Shown one piece after another: positions 1 through 11,106 of a stretch of DNA of 54,717 nucleotides. The DNA comes from Pelomyxa schiedti (Eukaryota > Protista > Evosea), in contig JAHLWZ010000507.1 in assembly GCA_020536535.1 (NCBI GenBank), forward strand, positions 1 to 54,717. The letters are read 5' to 3'. The translations under genes and the position numbers were made by a program. A model generated the notes under the pieces. That model was not told where the DNA came from and did no database searches. It worked only from the letters and a program-made list of their open reading frames with translations. Positions within the stretch are counted from its first letter, which is position 1; each line of letters opens with the position of its first letter.

Positions 1-22
1 CCCCCCCCCCCCCCCCCCCCCC
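1..22. repeat. poly-C run at the window edge, probably a sequencing/assembly artefact
   Basis: 22 consecutive C at the very start of the window. Confidence 0.6.
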
Positions 23-499
23 GCTATTTATGGCTCAAGTATATTGTAGTAGAAAGGAGTATTCACTGTACTGTGTTTAACTTTTTTCCTAGACCAGGTG
101 GACAAGTTTGAGGCCGAACATACTTTGTTCGCCTGACTATGGTATTTGTATTCGGTCTTCCAGTGGGCATGCGGCCTGGCTCACGCATGATGGCGGCAAC
201 AACAAGTGCGTGAGTCCTGTCACTTTTTTCCTTCCCACCCACACCTTCTATTGAAAACCAGGTGGCTGAAGCCGGAGCAAAAAATGCCCTTCCTGATGGC
301 CTTGCGGCAAGCCAACGAGCAAGCCGGCATTGTGTCCCCCACTGACCTGCTCGTTTGTGCCCATATACACGAACACCTTATCACGCCTGATGGCCTCACT
401 ATGTCACTTGGCTGCTTCAATGGTGACACTGGGTTGCAGTATGGCGTTCTACAGGAGGATTCTGCTGGCCGTTTCACTGTCACATTTGGTCACTTGTGA
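23..499 (+). CDS. 3' part of a putative calcineurin-like metallophosphoesterase (spliced, partial)
   Basis: The last exons splice to ..GHAAWLTHDGGNNKWLKPEQ..DLLVCAHIHEH..SLGCF..; the TH and AHIHE motifs resemble the HG and GHxH motifs of the family. Stop TGA at 497-499. Confidence 0.45.
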
Positions 500-563
500 A
501 ATAAAAAAAAACAAAAACAGGCAAAAAAAAAAGTTTTCCATTCAATTTTCCACACTCCTCTTT

Positions 564-3256
564 CTAGGGTCTTCTTGGTGGTTGTGTTGGAGGAGGTGGG
601 GTGGGGTGGGTCTGTTGCGGCTGTTGCTGCTGTGGTGGAAGTGCGGGAGGAGGCATCCCAGGTTGTGGGGGTACTCCTGGGGCCCTTGGCTGGGGTTGAA
701 GATGGGCTCGGGGTTGTGTCTGCGGCTCACCGGGTTTGAAGCACCATGTTCCACCTTTGGAGAAGGACAAAGACTCCATTACACACAGGAGAAGAGGGTT
801 GTTGATTGGGCCACAGTGGGATGTAATGGCTGTCCGCACATCGGGTTTCTTCAGAGTGGGGGCTTGCTTGAACATTTGCAGTACAATTGATCGATACTGT
901 CCACGGAGTGGGTCAGTGAAGCAATTAATACTCACTCACCTGTTCAATTGCTGGATCGGATACATGTGCCAGAACATAGCAACTGTGAATATTGATACAA
1001 AGTGAGCGCAATACAGCCCGAAGCATTTCTTCAGACATTTTAAAACCAAAGAGTTTGTTGCCCCCTGATTTGGAAGTTAAGGAGAGGGGATTATTGACAG
1101 AAGGAATACTAGTGTTATCAGATACGGCCCTTTTAAGCTGAGATTTTATGAATGTCATGTTGCAGACTCCATGGGCACCGAATAACTCAGTAAGGAATTC
1201 TGTTAATGCCGGTCTATATGGCTCCAGTATCTTGCTATCTGCAGGTGATAGATATAATTGCACATCACCCAGAGAACTTGGTTGAGTAGAACGAATTCCC
1301 ACTAACTCTGTTGTCGGTCTCTCTCTCTCTGGTGTTTTTTTTGGTACACGTGACTAAAAAGATCGGAAAACCTGTTGTGGCCTCTTCTTCCATGAAGTAT
1401 TGAGTAAGGCATTGTGTTTTGGCCTCAAGGCTATAGTATTGTTATGAGAGGATCATGTGGTAATATAGGGGAAAATACTTGTGTTCCAATTCTGACCAAT
1501 AAATCTGATACTCGGAAACAAGTTCTGGGTGTCTTTGGTGATTAAGTGAGGGTAAAAAGGGTAAAAAAGAGGAACTCACAAAGCGGCAAACACTGGGTCT
1601 TCTGTTTTTAAATTCCATATACCTCCTTTTTGGAGTACACACATATGGGAGACAATAGATTTGAGGGTGTCTCTTAACTGTTCTGGCACTTGAAGTGCTG
1701 AAACTATTTCACTGATCACGATGCATTTGTCCTTGAGTAATCTCAAGAGAATGTAGTCACGCAGAAGGATATAAGATGGTGTCTTACAAACTGTAGTACT
1801 ATAATAGTGGTCATTTGTGAAAGTATTAAATTTGAGGCAAGTCACCTTTTCAAAGTCCAGCATCCGTGCATAAGACAAGCAACCTGCTTGAGGATTTTGA
1901 ACAACTGTGTTTCATTTCGGTATGCAGTACAAAGTTCCTTCACAGTAGCGAACTTCACGATCCCACCTAATGGAGTTTGATACATAACCACTCGATTGCA
2001 AGCTCACCTGTATTCAAAAGAGTAGCCAATTGAAAAACAGGAGACATGACCCTCAAATCTCTCAATGATAGCATTTTTTTGGCCAACCTGCGGTCAATCA
2101 CTTGTGGCTGTGAGAGTTTTTAAACACACAATTTCCTTTCTGCTACAATGTAGTCATCTAATGGAGGCAAAGAGGCCATGAAATCAAGGTATTGTATCTT
2201 AGTGATATTCCAGGGTATTTGTGTGGTTGTTGTGCAAACCAGCCTTTCAAAAATGGGTGTATTCTCTGCTGCCTGGAGAGAAATTTAGAGTTACTTTTTT
2301 CCTCCCTAAATTGCATATGGCGGATACAGTTTGGTCAAACATGGTCAGGATTGCGGCCTTTACGCTGTCTTCTCTTTTAAGTTCTTGTAGAGCCAACTGC
2401 CTTTCGTTTTGTTTCCCTTTCCTCTTTATCACCTGCGGAATCATCAACATAGGAAACAACTTTAATATGTTGATACTGTGACTGGCTGGGCGTCTTTTGT
2501 TTCTTCTTCCTCAGGCTCGCCAGTTGGAATTTTATCCTGTTAATCGATTCTGTGAGTGCTCGGATCTCGAGTTGGGAAAAATACCTTTTCTCGCTCTGCA
2601 TCTTCCCTATCAATATGTGCCATGCTCGGTCGCATTTGCAGAATAGCATCCAGAGGTGTCAAGTGAAGCATGTCTATCAATTATTCAGTAATTACTTCAA
2701 CTAAATTGAACACAAGTACCGTTAGTCGCAATGCCTGCACTAGTAGCCCCTTTTCTAAGTATACCAATTGCATAGTTAGTGACCAGGGGCACTGCAGTAC
2801 TCGTCAAAAGTGGTTTATGCTCCACCCATACGCTCTGCCAATATATGTCAGCACATTCAAGATATGGCTACTCATTGACTGCACGAAAACGTGCGTGTGG
2901 GCTCATACAGTATCGTCTTGGTATCTTCCTTTTGGCGGTTCCAGAGTCAATTCGAGTTTGCGGAATTCAGCCTTGTATTGCACATCCAAAATTCTGCCGC
3001 CGTCCTCACACCCCCACTTCAAGCCCGACCCAGATCGCGAGTCGGACGACGCCGCGGGAGCCGAGCCGTAAGAGTTGTGGCGAGACTGGGGTCGCAACGG
3101 AAACTGGACAAGGGACAACCACGGCGTGAGTGAGTTTGTTATGTATACGTCGATCTCTTGTTCCACAGGGTCGTCGGTCTCGGCCGAGCCACCGGCGAGG
3201 TCTTCCACTACGTCATCTTCGAACACGGATGCCGTGGCACTTGTCTCCGCTCTCAT
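564..3256 (-). CDS. POLR3E: RNA polymerase III subunit RPC5 (Sin-like), multi-exon
   Basis: DDPVEQEIDVYIT..LVQFPLRP, LHLTPLDAILQMRPS, KQVACLMHGCWTLKS and RDYIL match the conserved POLR3E/Rpc37 motifs; GT-AG introns; P/Q-rich tail ending TAG at 564-566. Confidence 0.9.
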
Positions 3257-3337
3257 CTCGTGTGCGTTCGGCCAAACTTTTTTTTTTTTTGTAAAAGAAA
3301 GAAGCATCAGGACCACTCAGAAGGCAAGACTCTCGCC

Positions 3338-6300
3338 TCAACATCCACCGGCGGCAGCCCTATGGAAAAGGGTCTCTGCCACCCCATCATCCTTCTTCAC
3401 ACCCCAGCCATTTTGGTAACACAAACCAAGGCTCTTCATTGCGTAGGTATTTCCAGCATCAACAGCCCTCCTGAAAAGTGACACAGCCTGATTCATGTCC
3501 TTGGCTACACCATTGCCATTGCGGTAACACAAACCAAGGTTGTTCATTGCATGGGCATCTCCGGCATCAACAGCCCTCCTGAAAAGTGACACAGCCTGGT
3601 CCATGTCCTTGTCAACACCATTGCCGTTTTGGTAACAGAAACCAAGGTTGTTCATTGCATCGGTATTTCCAGCATCGATAGCCCTCCTGAAAAGTGACAC
3701 AGCCTGATCCATGTCCTTGGCAACACCATTGCCATTGTGGTAACAGAAACCAAGGTTGTTCATTGCATCGGTGTTTCCAGCATCTGCAGCCCTCCTGAAA
3801 AGTGACACAGCCTGATCCATGTCCTTGTCAACACCATTGCCGTTTTGGTAACACCAACCAAGGTGGTTCATTGCATTGGCATTTCCAGCATCGACAGCCC
3901 TCCTGAAAAGTGACACAGCCTGATCCATGTCCTTGTCAACACCTTTGCCGTTTTGGTAACAGAAACCAAGGTTGACCATTGCATCGGTGTTTCCAGCATC
4001 GACAGCCCTCCTGAAAAGTGAAACGGCCTGATCCATGTCCTTGTCAACACCTTTGCCATGTTGGTAACACCAACCAAGGTTGTTCATTGCACCAGTATTT
4101 CCAGCATCTGCAGCCCTCCTGAAAAGTAACACAGCCTTCCTGGGATCCTGGTCCAAACCGGTTCCATAAACAAGACATGCACCAACAATTGACATTGTGG
4201 AAGGGCGTGGTTCCTTGTGTGTCATGCAGCCATAACAAACAATTGGAAGGAGACCACAGGAAGTCTTCTCCAAAGAGCAGGCGGCCCACAAAGCAACAAA
4301 CTCTACACATGCCCCCTGTTTCTGCCCCTGACTAATTGTAGATAATGAAGCAATGAGTGCATCCCACTCTTCTTTAATAGTCACAGTTTCCTCAGCTTTC
4401 TCTTCATGTTGTGTTTGTGGCAGCAGGGGTGTCACAATACTGTTGGCTGTCAACAACACCCTTTGACAATGGTCTCTCATTTCTGAAATGGTACTGGAAA
4501 TGGCACATGAAAATGCAGTTGATAAGTTGGGTGGAATGAGTTGATGCAGTGCAATGTGATCATCGGCGAAAAACCGAAGACCATAAAGAAATAGTAGACC
4601 CGGAAGGTAACACAGCTCTTCCTGAACATGAAGCTGTGATGCAGATCTTCCTTGGGGAATATCATTGACAAATGTAGCATTCATTCTATTTGAAACGTAC
4701 TGTTATTGTGGCCACTCTCGAATTGTTTGACAGCATCAGAGACCATGTGGATTGCCGTCTCAATGTTTACTTCCTCAAACTCCAGAAGTGCCTGAAGCAT
4801 CAGTTTGCTTCTGGGAGGTTGCCCATCTAATTGATACAGAGACAAAAGAAAGTTGGAGAATAAGTTTGTTGGGGTACCCACATGTGCAGATAGTTAGCTG
4901 GTCACTCCACATTCGTTTTTCACAGTCCTCAGAACACGAGGCAATGATATTCCTCAAAAAAACGGATGCTGGAGCTTGATCATAAGATGGGGACCGTTCT
5001 GACCTTGTTAAGTCCAAAGTGGAGACCTTTGCTTGTAGCAGCTTGATATAGTTCTCGATTGTGTTATGGCTGTCCTCATTAATATTACAAATGTGCCTCG
5101 TCCTGCCTGCTCTTAAAACTAATTCAGGGAGAGTGATTCTGTGGTTCTGGTTTATGGCTCTCACAAATTCTAGATCCGTGTGTGTGAACGAAGCCTTCCC
5201 TGAGACAATTGCACATATTCCCTTTCTCGTCACACGGCTAAGCATAGAGGTCAAACCTTGTTGCTCACCAGAAGAAAGCAAGTAATGAAGAATCAATAAA
5301 GCTGGTGAGAACAATGGCTCAATATCAAGAGCTTGGTGGAGAGTTTCCACACAGTCCTTTGTTGAGTCCGCAGTCAGAATCTGGCAAAGAGCCTTTGTCG
5401 TCAGAGTTCCTTTTTTAAAATGTCCATGGGTTGTGGGTTGACAGCATTTATATTTACCAAAAACTCTAAAAACCAACCTGCATCATGGCTTGCACTAGGC
5501 ACAATGAAACTATAAAATGAGAGCAGTTCCTGAGGATTTGGTTCCGGTACAAGAGTTTCCAACAAGTTGAATGCATCCATAATAGAAATCCTTTTTGCGG
5601 GGTCATACTCCAGTAAGCTACGTACAAGGTTGCAGAACTCCCTTGGGAATGCTGGTGGTCTCATTGGAAATTGCTCCTCACTCTCGACTGAAAATACAAT
5701 CTGGCCAGTTGGGCCATATGCTGCCGGGTAACCTGGCAAAGGATGTTGACCACGCATTGCAAGCTCAAACAAAATGCATCCAAGTTCAAATGAAGGTTGC
5801 TGGGTTGGAAAAGTGAGTCATGAATGCTATGAGTGCGTTTGCAGGAACGTGGACCTTTTCACAACGTAATCGTGGACATCGATCTGGGTGCTGTGTGTAC
5901 AGTGCAATTCCATTGAGAATTTCAGGTGCAAGGTGTGGTTGATTGCCAACTGTGTGAACAATACACCCCGTGTCCTTGTCGAGTGACCCGGTTGGGAATT
6001 TCTTAGCACACCCAAGGTCAATAACAATTGCCTGCTCTTTATTCTTTTTTTTTTTTGGTTAAATGCTGATGTAAGTGGGGCAAAACACACCGAAGAGACA
6101 ACAATATTGTCCAACTTAATGTCAAAATGAATTGTTTGGTTAGTGAGGAGATGAACAAGGCCAGCACAGATGTCCCTCGAGTACTTATGGACAACACACC
6201 AGGGTGTTGCTGTGAGAGGTTGAGTACCAGTGGGTTGGGGGAGGTTTTGCAGGAAATGGTCGAGTGTCTCTGAGTGATACTCCAGGACAATCCACACACA

Positions 6301-6965
6301 TGCGTGGAACCTTTTCCTGATTGGATCAAGTGCCATCTCCTTTGGAGCAGGTGGGAGCAGGTCGTAATACTCCTGAGGGGGCCTGTCCGTGAAGTGACAG
6401 AAGTACTGGTTCACATTTGGGTGTGGATCAAGCGTTGACAACACAAGATATTCATTCTTAAGGCAATGTCAATCGATAGTAGGACACCAGTGATTCATTA
6501 AAGAACACACTTCAAAGGCATTTGAGACTGAACTCGTGCGTACACCGTAATTGAAGGGCACTTTGAGCACGTAAGATTGGTCCCTGAAGAACTCAGGGTG
6601 TCCATCTCCAATGCACTTCACCTCATACACAATTCCTTACGAAAGTTCACGTCAATTGTTGCAAATAAAATAAAACAAAATAAAGGAAGGGGTTGCGTAC
6701 CGTTGCAACCATGAGCGATCTCCCTCACCAACTCGAAATTCTTGGCGACAATGACGCTGGTGAGCGTGTTTGGCACGTCAGCTTGTCTGGCGGTTTCCGC
6801 CATGTGCTTGAAGAAGGAATAGCGTTCGGCAATAACGTTTTGGAAGGCATCGTAGCCCACAACGGAACATTTGGGTTGTGATCTTGGGGGTTGTGGTGGT
6901 ATTGGGGGTTGTTGTTGTATTGGGGGTGGTATTGGGGGTTGCTGTGGCCGTGGCGTATTACCCAT
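3338..6965 (-). CDS. PINK1-like Ser/Thr kinase with C-terminal Sel1-like repeats (multi-exon)
   Basis: Spliced motifs IAHGCNGIVY, YVLKVPFNY, HPNVNQYFCHFTD, HFDIKLDN, DLG, GNQSHLAPEI, LLEYDPAKRIS; 8 SLR units (AMxxLGxCYxxGxGVxKDxxxAxxLFRRAxDAG); start MGNTP. Confidence 0.85.
3345..4200 (-). repeat. 108-bp tandem array encoding 8 Sel1-like repeats
   Basis: cctgaaaagt recurs every 108 bp (3470, 3578, 3686, ...). Internal units are nearly identical at DNA level and the terminal units are diverged. Confidence 0.95.
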
Positions 6966-7017
6966 TCTTCGTTGAAAATCAACAAAACAAAGTGGCGAAT
7001 ACGAAACTTTTGTTACA

Positions 7018-9487
7018 TTACATGTGTGACAGCCTTTCCTCTGCTTTTTCTCTTCTGGATCTCTCAGTGGCCAATTCTGAGAGTGCACCATTGAGTTGCA
7101 TCTGAAGGCGGTCATTGTTGGCTTTGGCTGCTGCCAGCTCGTCGTTGGCTACTTTGAGCTTGGCCTGCAGCTTTTTTACAATTACAACAAGCTCCGCGGC
7201 TGAGTACGTGCGTCTCTGGGCGTGCCTGGGCGAGGCTGGGACCGACATTGGAGCCGCCAAGTTGGGCGCCGTCGCCGAAGTGTGAAGCGGCGGCTGGATT
7301 GGCGTGGCTACGGAACCGCCCGGGGTCTGGATTGTGGGAGATACTGCCGAGATAGACGACGAGGAAGGGGTCCCGCACTTTGAAGTTGGGTGCTTCGTGG
7401 CCGCGGCGGTAGGCGACGGAGTTTGCTGTTGTGCCTGAGGCTGCGGCGCAGAAGTGAATTGTGGGTTCGGCGTAGCCGCCCCCCCCGAGCACTGGTGTGG
7501 TCGTAGGGTCGATGTTTGCAGCCGTAGTCGTTGTTGCCGTGGTCGTGGTAGTCGTCGTCGTGGTTGTAGTGAAATAGGAGCCGACGCCGAGAAGCGTCGG
7601 GGTCGATAGAACCGGGGAGTGGTGTGAAGATGAAAAGGGGCTGCTGGAGTGGGGCGTCGAAGACGGGGGGCACATCCGGGAAGTGGTGCCAAACCCAACC
7701 CCCTCCCCCCCGTGGTGCGAAGAATGTGCCTCGCTGGAGAAATCTGTGTGACTTTCCGCGCTTGAACCGGCACTCGAGCGGACTTTGGCCTGTTATTTGT
7801 CGTTGAGTTAGTGTGTGGCACGACGCTATAATGGGATGAGATTTGGGGATAGGGAACAGACCTTTCCACTCTTTGGTGGTACCATTCTTCTCGAGCCTGA
7901 TCTTGATCCATCACCGCGAAGGAGCCTATTTGTGTTTCTGTTGCCAATGTTTGCTCTTACCCCAAGTCCCACTCCATGGGGGGTGCCATTTGTAGACTTG
8001 TTTGGAGTTGTCGGGGTCATGATTGGCGAGGCCAGTTTCGGCGAAGGCGATTTCGGGGCTGGCGACAGTACAGGCGGTGATTTCGGCGACGGTGATGGCC
8101 CCGGGGGTGACTTTGGGTGGCCGCTGCTTGAATTCTTCAACGGGGTCTGAGGTTGCCCTGGGCTGGCTGGTGCCTCCACCTTGGGACTAGTAGCGGAAGT
8201 TGCAAACTACATGTCAGAAGGGAAACATTAGGTTGGAGCAGAACATTCAAAGCCATTACCTTGCCACTGCGGCTGTGTTTCTGAGGTGGGTGCGGGGTTT
8301 GGTGATCTTGCTCTGGCCGGCCTTCATGTTGTGTGGTTGGCTGAGTTGGGTGAGCCGTGTGCTCTCGGTCATGAGGGTGATGCTGATGAGGGCTCGGGTG
8401 TGGTGGTTGGTGGTGCTGAGGTCTAGATACTGGTGGGTGTTGCGGTGGAGGTGGGTTCTGGTCAACAGACTTCCTCAAGTCGTTCGTCACGACTCTATCA
8501 TCTCTTCTTTTTACGGAAGAATCCGTCAGTGGGTGACGGGGTGTCGATTGGTGAGGAGATTGCTGTTGCGGTGATTTTGGATCCTCACTTTCTACAGTTA
8601 TAGCTGGGATAACTACTTTTTTCTTGACTGGTACTTTTGGGTCATCTTCTGCAAGTTTCTGTTTCAAGTTTGATGTTATGGGACAAGTGCTTTCAAGCCT
8701 AAGTACAGCTTTCTCATCTTTGGGGCTTTCACTTAGGTGTTTTGCGTCATCTATGTCAACCGGCTTTCTTTTATACAATCTGAGTAGAAATAAAAGAGCG
8801 AAGTTCATACTTTTCTGGTGGCTCGTGCTCGATACTAACATTGAGGAACAAATTTGGTTAAAAGAAAAAAGAGTAAAGCAGATATAATGCTCACATAGCA
8901 GGTTTTTTCACAAGGACATCATTTTTCTTCACCCTGAAACCTTTTAATTTTGTATCGGCTTGTTCGCTATCAGAGATTTCTTTCCCTGAAAACCCAAAGT
9001 ATTAATTTGAAGGAATTATGAATACAGTACCACCTGGAGTTTTCACAACAGAAGGGTCTAGAATCTTTGGGTACTGGGATGTGTAAGTCCATACACATTT
9101 ATCATCAGGTTTTGTACAAAGTACATCTGTGGAGATAAGAAAATAAACGTGAGGCAGTCTAACAATTTGGTCATTGCACGAGAAACACCTTCTACATCCA
9201 GTAGCTTAACAATGCCAATTTTTTCTGCTGCATCGAAAGCAAGCCTTACATTACTCTCAGCATTATCTTTCGACAACGCATCATATTCAATAAGCTCAGG
9301 TCTGAACTTGTGTATCAAAGCACACCACGCTAACCCTGGGAAATACACTTAACCATTTTGCAAACAAAAGAAAAAGGAAAGGGAAGTGACAAAACAAACC
9401 TGATTTCCAGGACGTGGAGAAGTTTGTTACATTCACATCCCTGTAGCCTGCTGTGTTCTTCTGGCACCAAACTAGCAGCGCCAACAT
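7018..9487 (-). CDS. Type-2 calponin-homology domain protein (MICAL/EHBP1/smoothelin-like CH) with low-complexity linker and C-terminal coiled coil
   Basis: [75 protein letters not shown]; C-terminal heptads [14 protein letters not shown]... The start codon is uncertain. Confidence 0.85.
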
Positions 9488-9655
9488 ACAAATACTCAAC
9501 CGTACACACTGTGTACTACACAGAAAAAAAAAGCGAAAAACAAAAGAAAGCCAATTTCGTGTGATGAAAGTCGCCGAATTTGTTTTGGGGAATTGTTTTT
9601 TTGTTCGCCTACGGTGATGCGAAAAGGGCGGGATACTGAGCTTCACTTTCCTGAA

Positions 9656-10874
9656 TCACATCATATCCGGATGTGTAGAGGGCGTTTCTGAGCATCGCCG
9701 GAAGGTGTAGAAGTGGTAAGTTTCGGGCCTTTGATTGGTCTCATAGTTGCCCAAGTATTGGGTGGGCACAGGATGAACTCTCACAGTAAAGCCAAGGTTG
9801 CCTATGAGTTCTACAAATTCCCTTACTCCCTAGGGAGTCATTAATATAATGATGTTTGGGAAGCTAAAGAGCTTTGTGTTACCTCACGGTCATCAGATAG
9901 AACTTCATAAAATACTCCTCCTGGAGCAAGATATTTCTGAATTACGCGGCTCAAGGTATGAACACTATGTGTGCTATAAGTGAGCTCAGAGCCAATTATT
10001 ATGTCACATTGCGGTACTGGTACACTGTATGGCTGTACAGACTCATCCAAGGTCTTTCAGGAGTTGGTAAGGAGAGTAAGGGAATAGAAAGAAGAAACCG
10101 GAGAGGGGGAGTCAATTTCATCCCAGTTTAAATACGCTACAGTGGTATTGGATGCCACATCGTGCGACATAAACTGGCGCCATTGGGGTGTATGCTCTTC
10201 GATGTCAGACTCGGCCATGTCTTATAAAAATTAGGTTCACATCAGCAAGTGCTTGCGTTTACTTGCGATAGCAGAGGCATTGAGGGAAATGTTGTACTTC
10301 AAATTATCAAGTAACTGGAGAGATTAGACTCGATAGTGAAAGGACAAAAGTACTTGAGAAATATAGTCAGTGAGATAGACATGCCGGGCATAGTGTGCAG
10401 CACATAAGCCAGTAAGACCACAACCGCTTCCCAGTTCTTTTTTTTTTTTTTTTTGTCAAACGAGCAATTCTTATTTGTTATGGGGCTCAATGAATACCAA
10501 GTACAGTGGAGCCCTCAAATAAGGTGTGATTTGCCAACAACCACCTTATCAGAAATTAATTAGGCCTTAAAGGCAAAGAATTTGGTGGAGAACCTCGAAA
10601 AAAGTATGGCAGCATCCCACACTGCGCAACCTATACCAGCATCAACAATGGATAGTTCTCTAATATATCTTTTTTTTTATTAAAAAAAAAAAGAAAACCA
10701 GGTGGGCAACAGTTGAGTTTTGGAGGTTTACATTTCGGCGTCAGACCACAGCCTGGATCTCTTAGAGTATGTGCCGAACCCAATAGTCTTCCTCTTGCAC
10801 TTCCCCGAGCCCAACGCCGCCTCTCGCCAGTTGATTCCCGTCGCACCCATCCGCTCCCGAACTGCGCTTTGCAT
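9656..10874 (-). CDS. Family-16 (METTL21/22/EEF2KMT-like) SAM-dependent protein methyltransferase
   Basis: Spliced IRELSIVDAGIGCAVWDAAIL, VLELGSGCGLTG, VYLTDY, LNWD, DIIIGSELTY, LAPGG; stop TGA at 9656-9658. Confidence 0.85.
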
Positions 10875-11106
10875 TTCCCCGTTTGATTGATTCAGTGAAT
10901 CTGATTGGGTGTCCTCTTCAAGTACATCGGTGCAGTATATCTTGTGTGTATCAACTCTAATGTCCACGAAGACGGCTGGGAAGTAGCTCTCAGACTCTGA
11001 AGACTGGAGGTCGATCAAACAAACGCGGCGAAAGTCAACTGCAATTTATAAAATGCCACACGCCAAGCGAGCCAAACAACACTTCCACGTGGTGGGCTCC
11101 CCCCTC

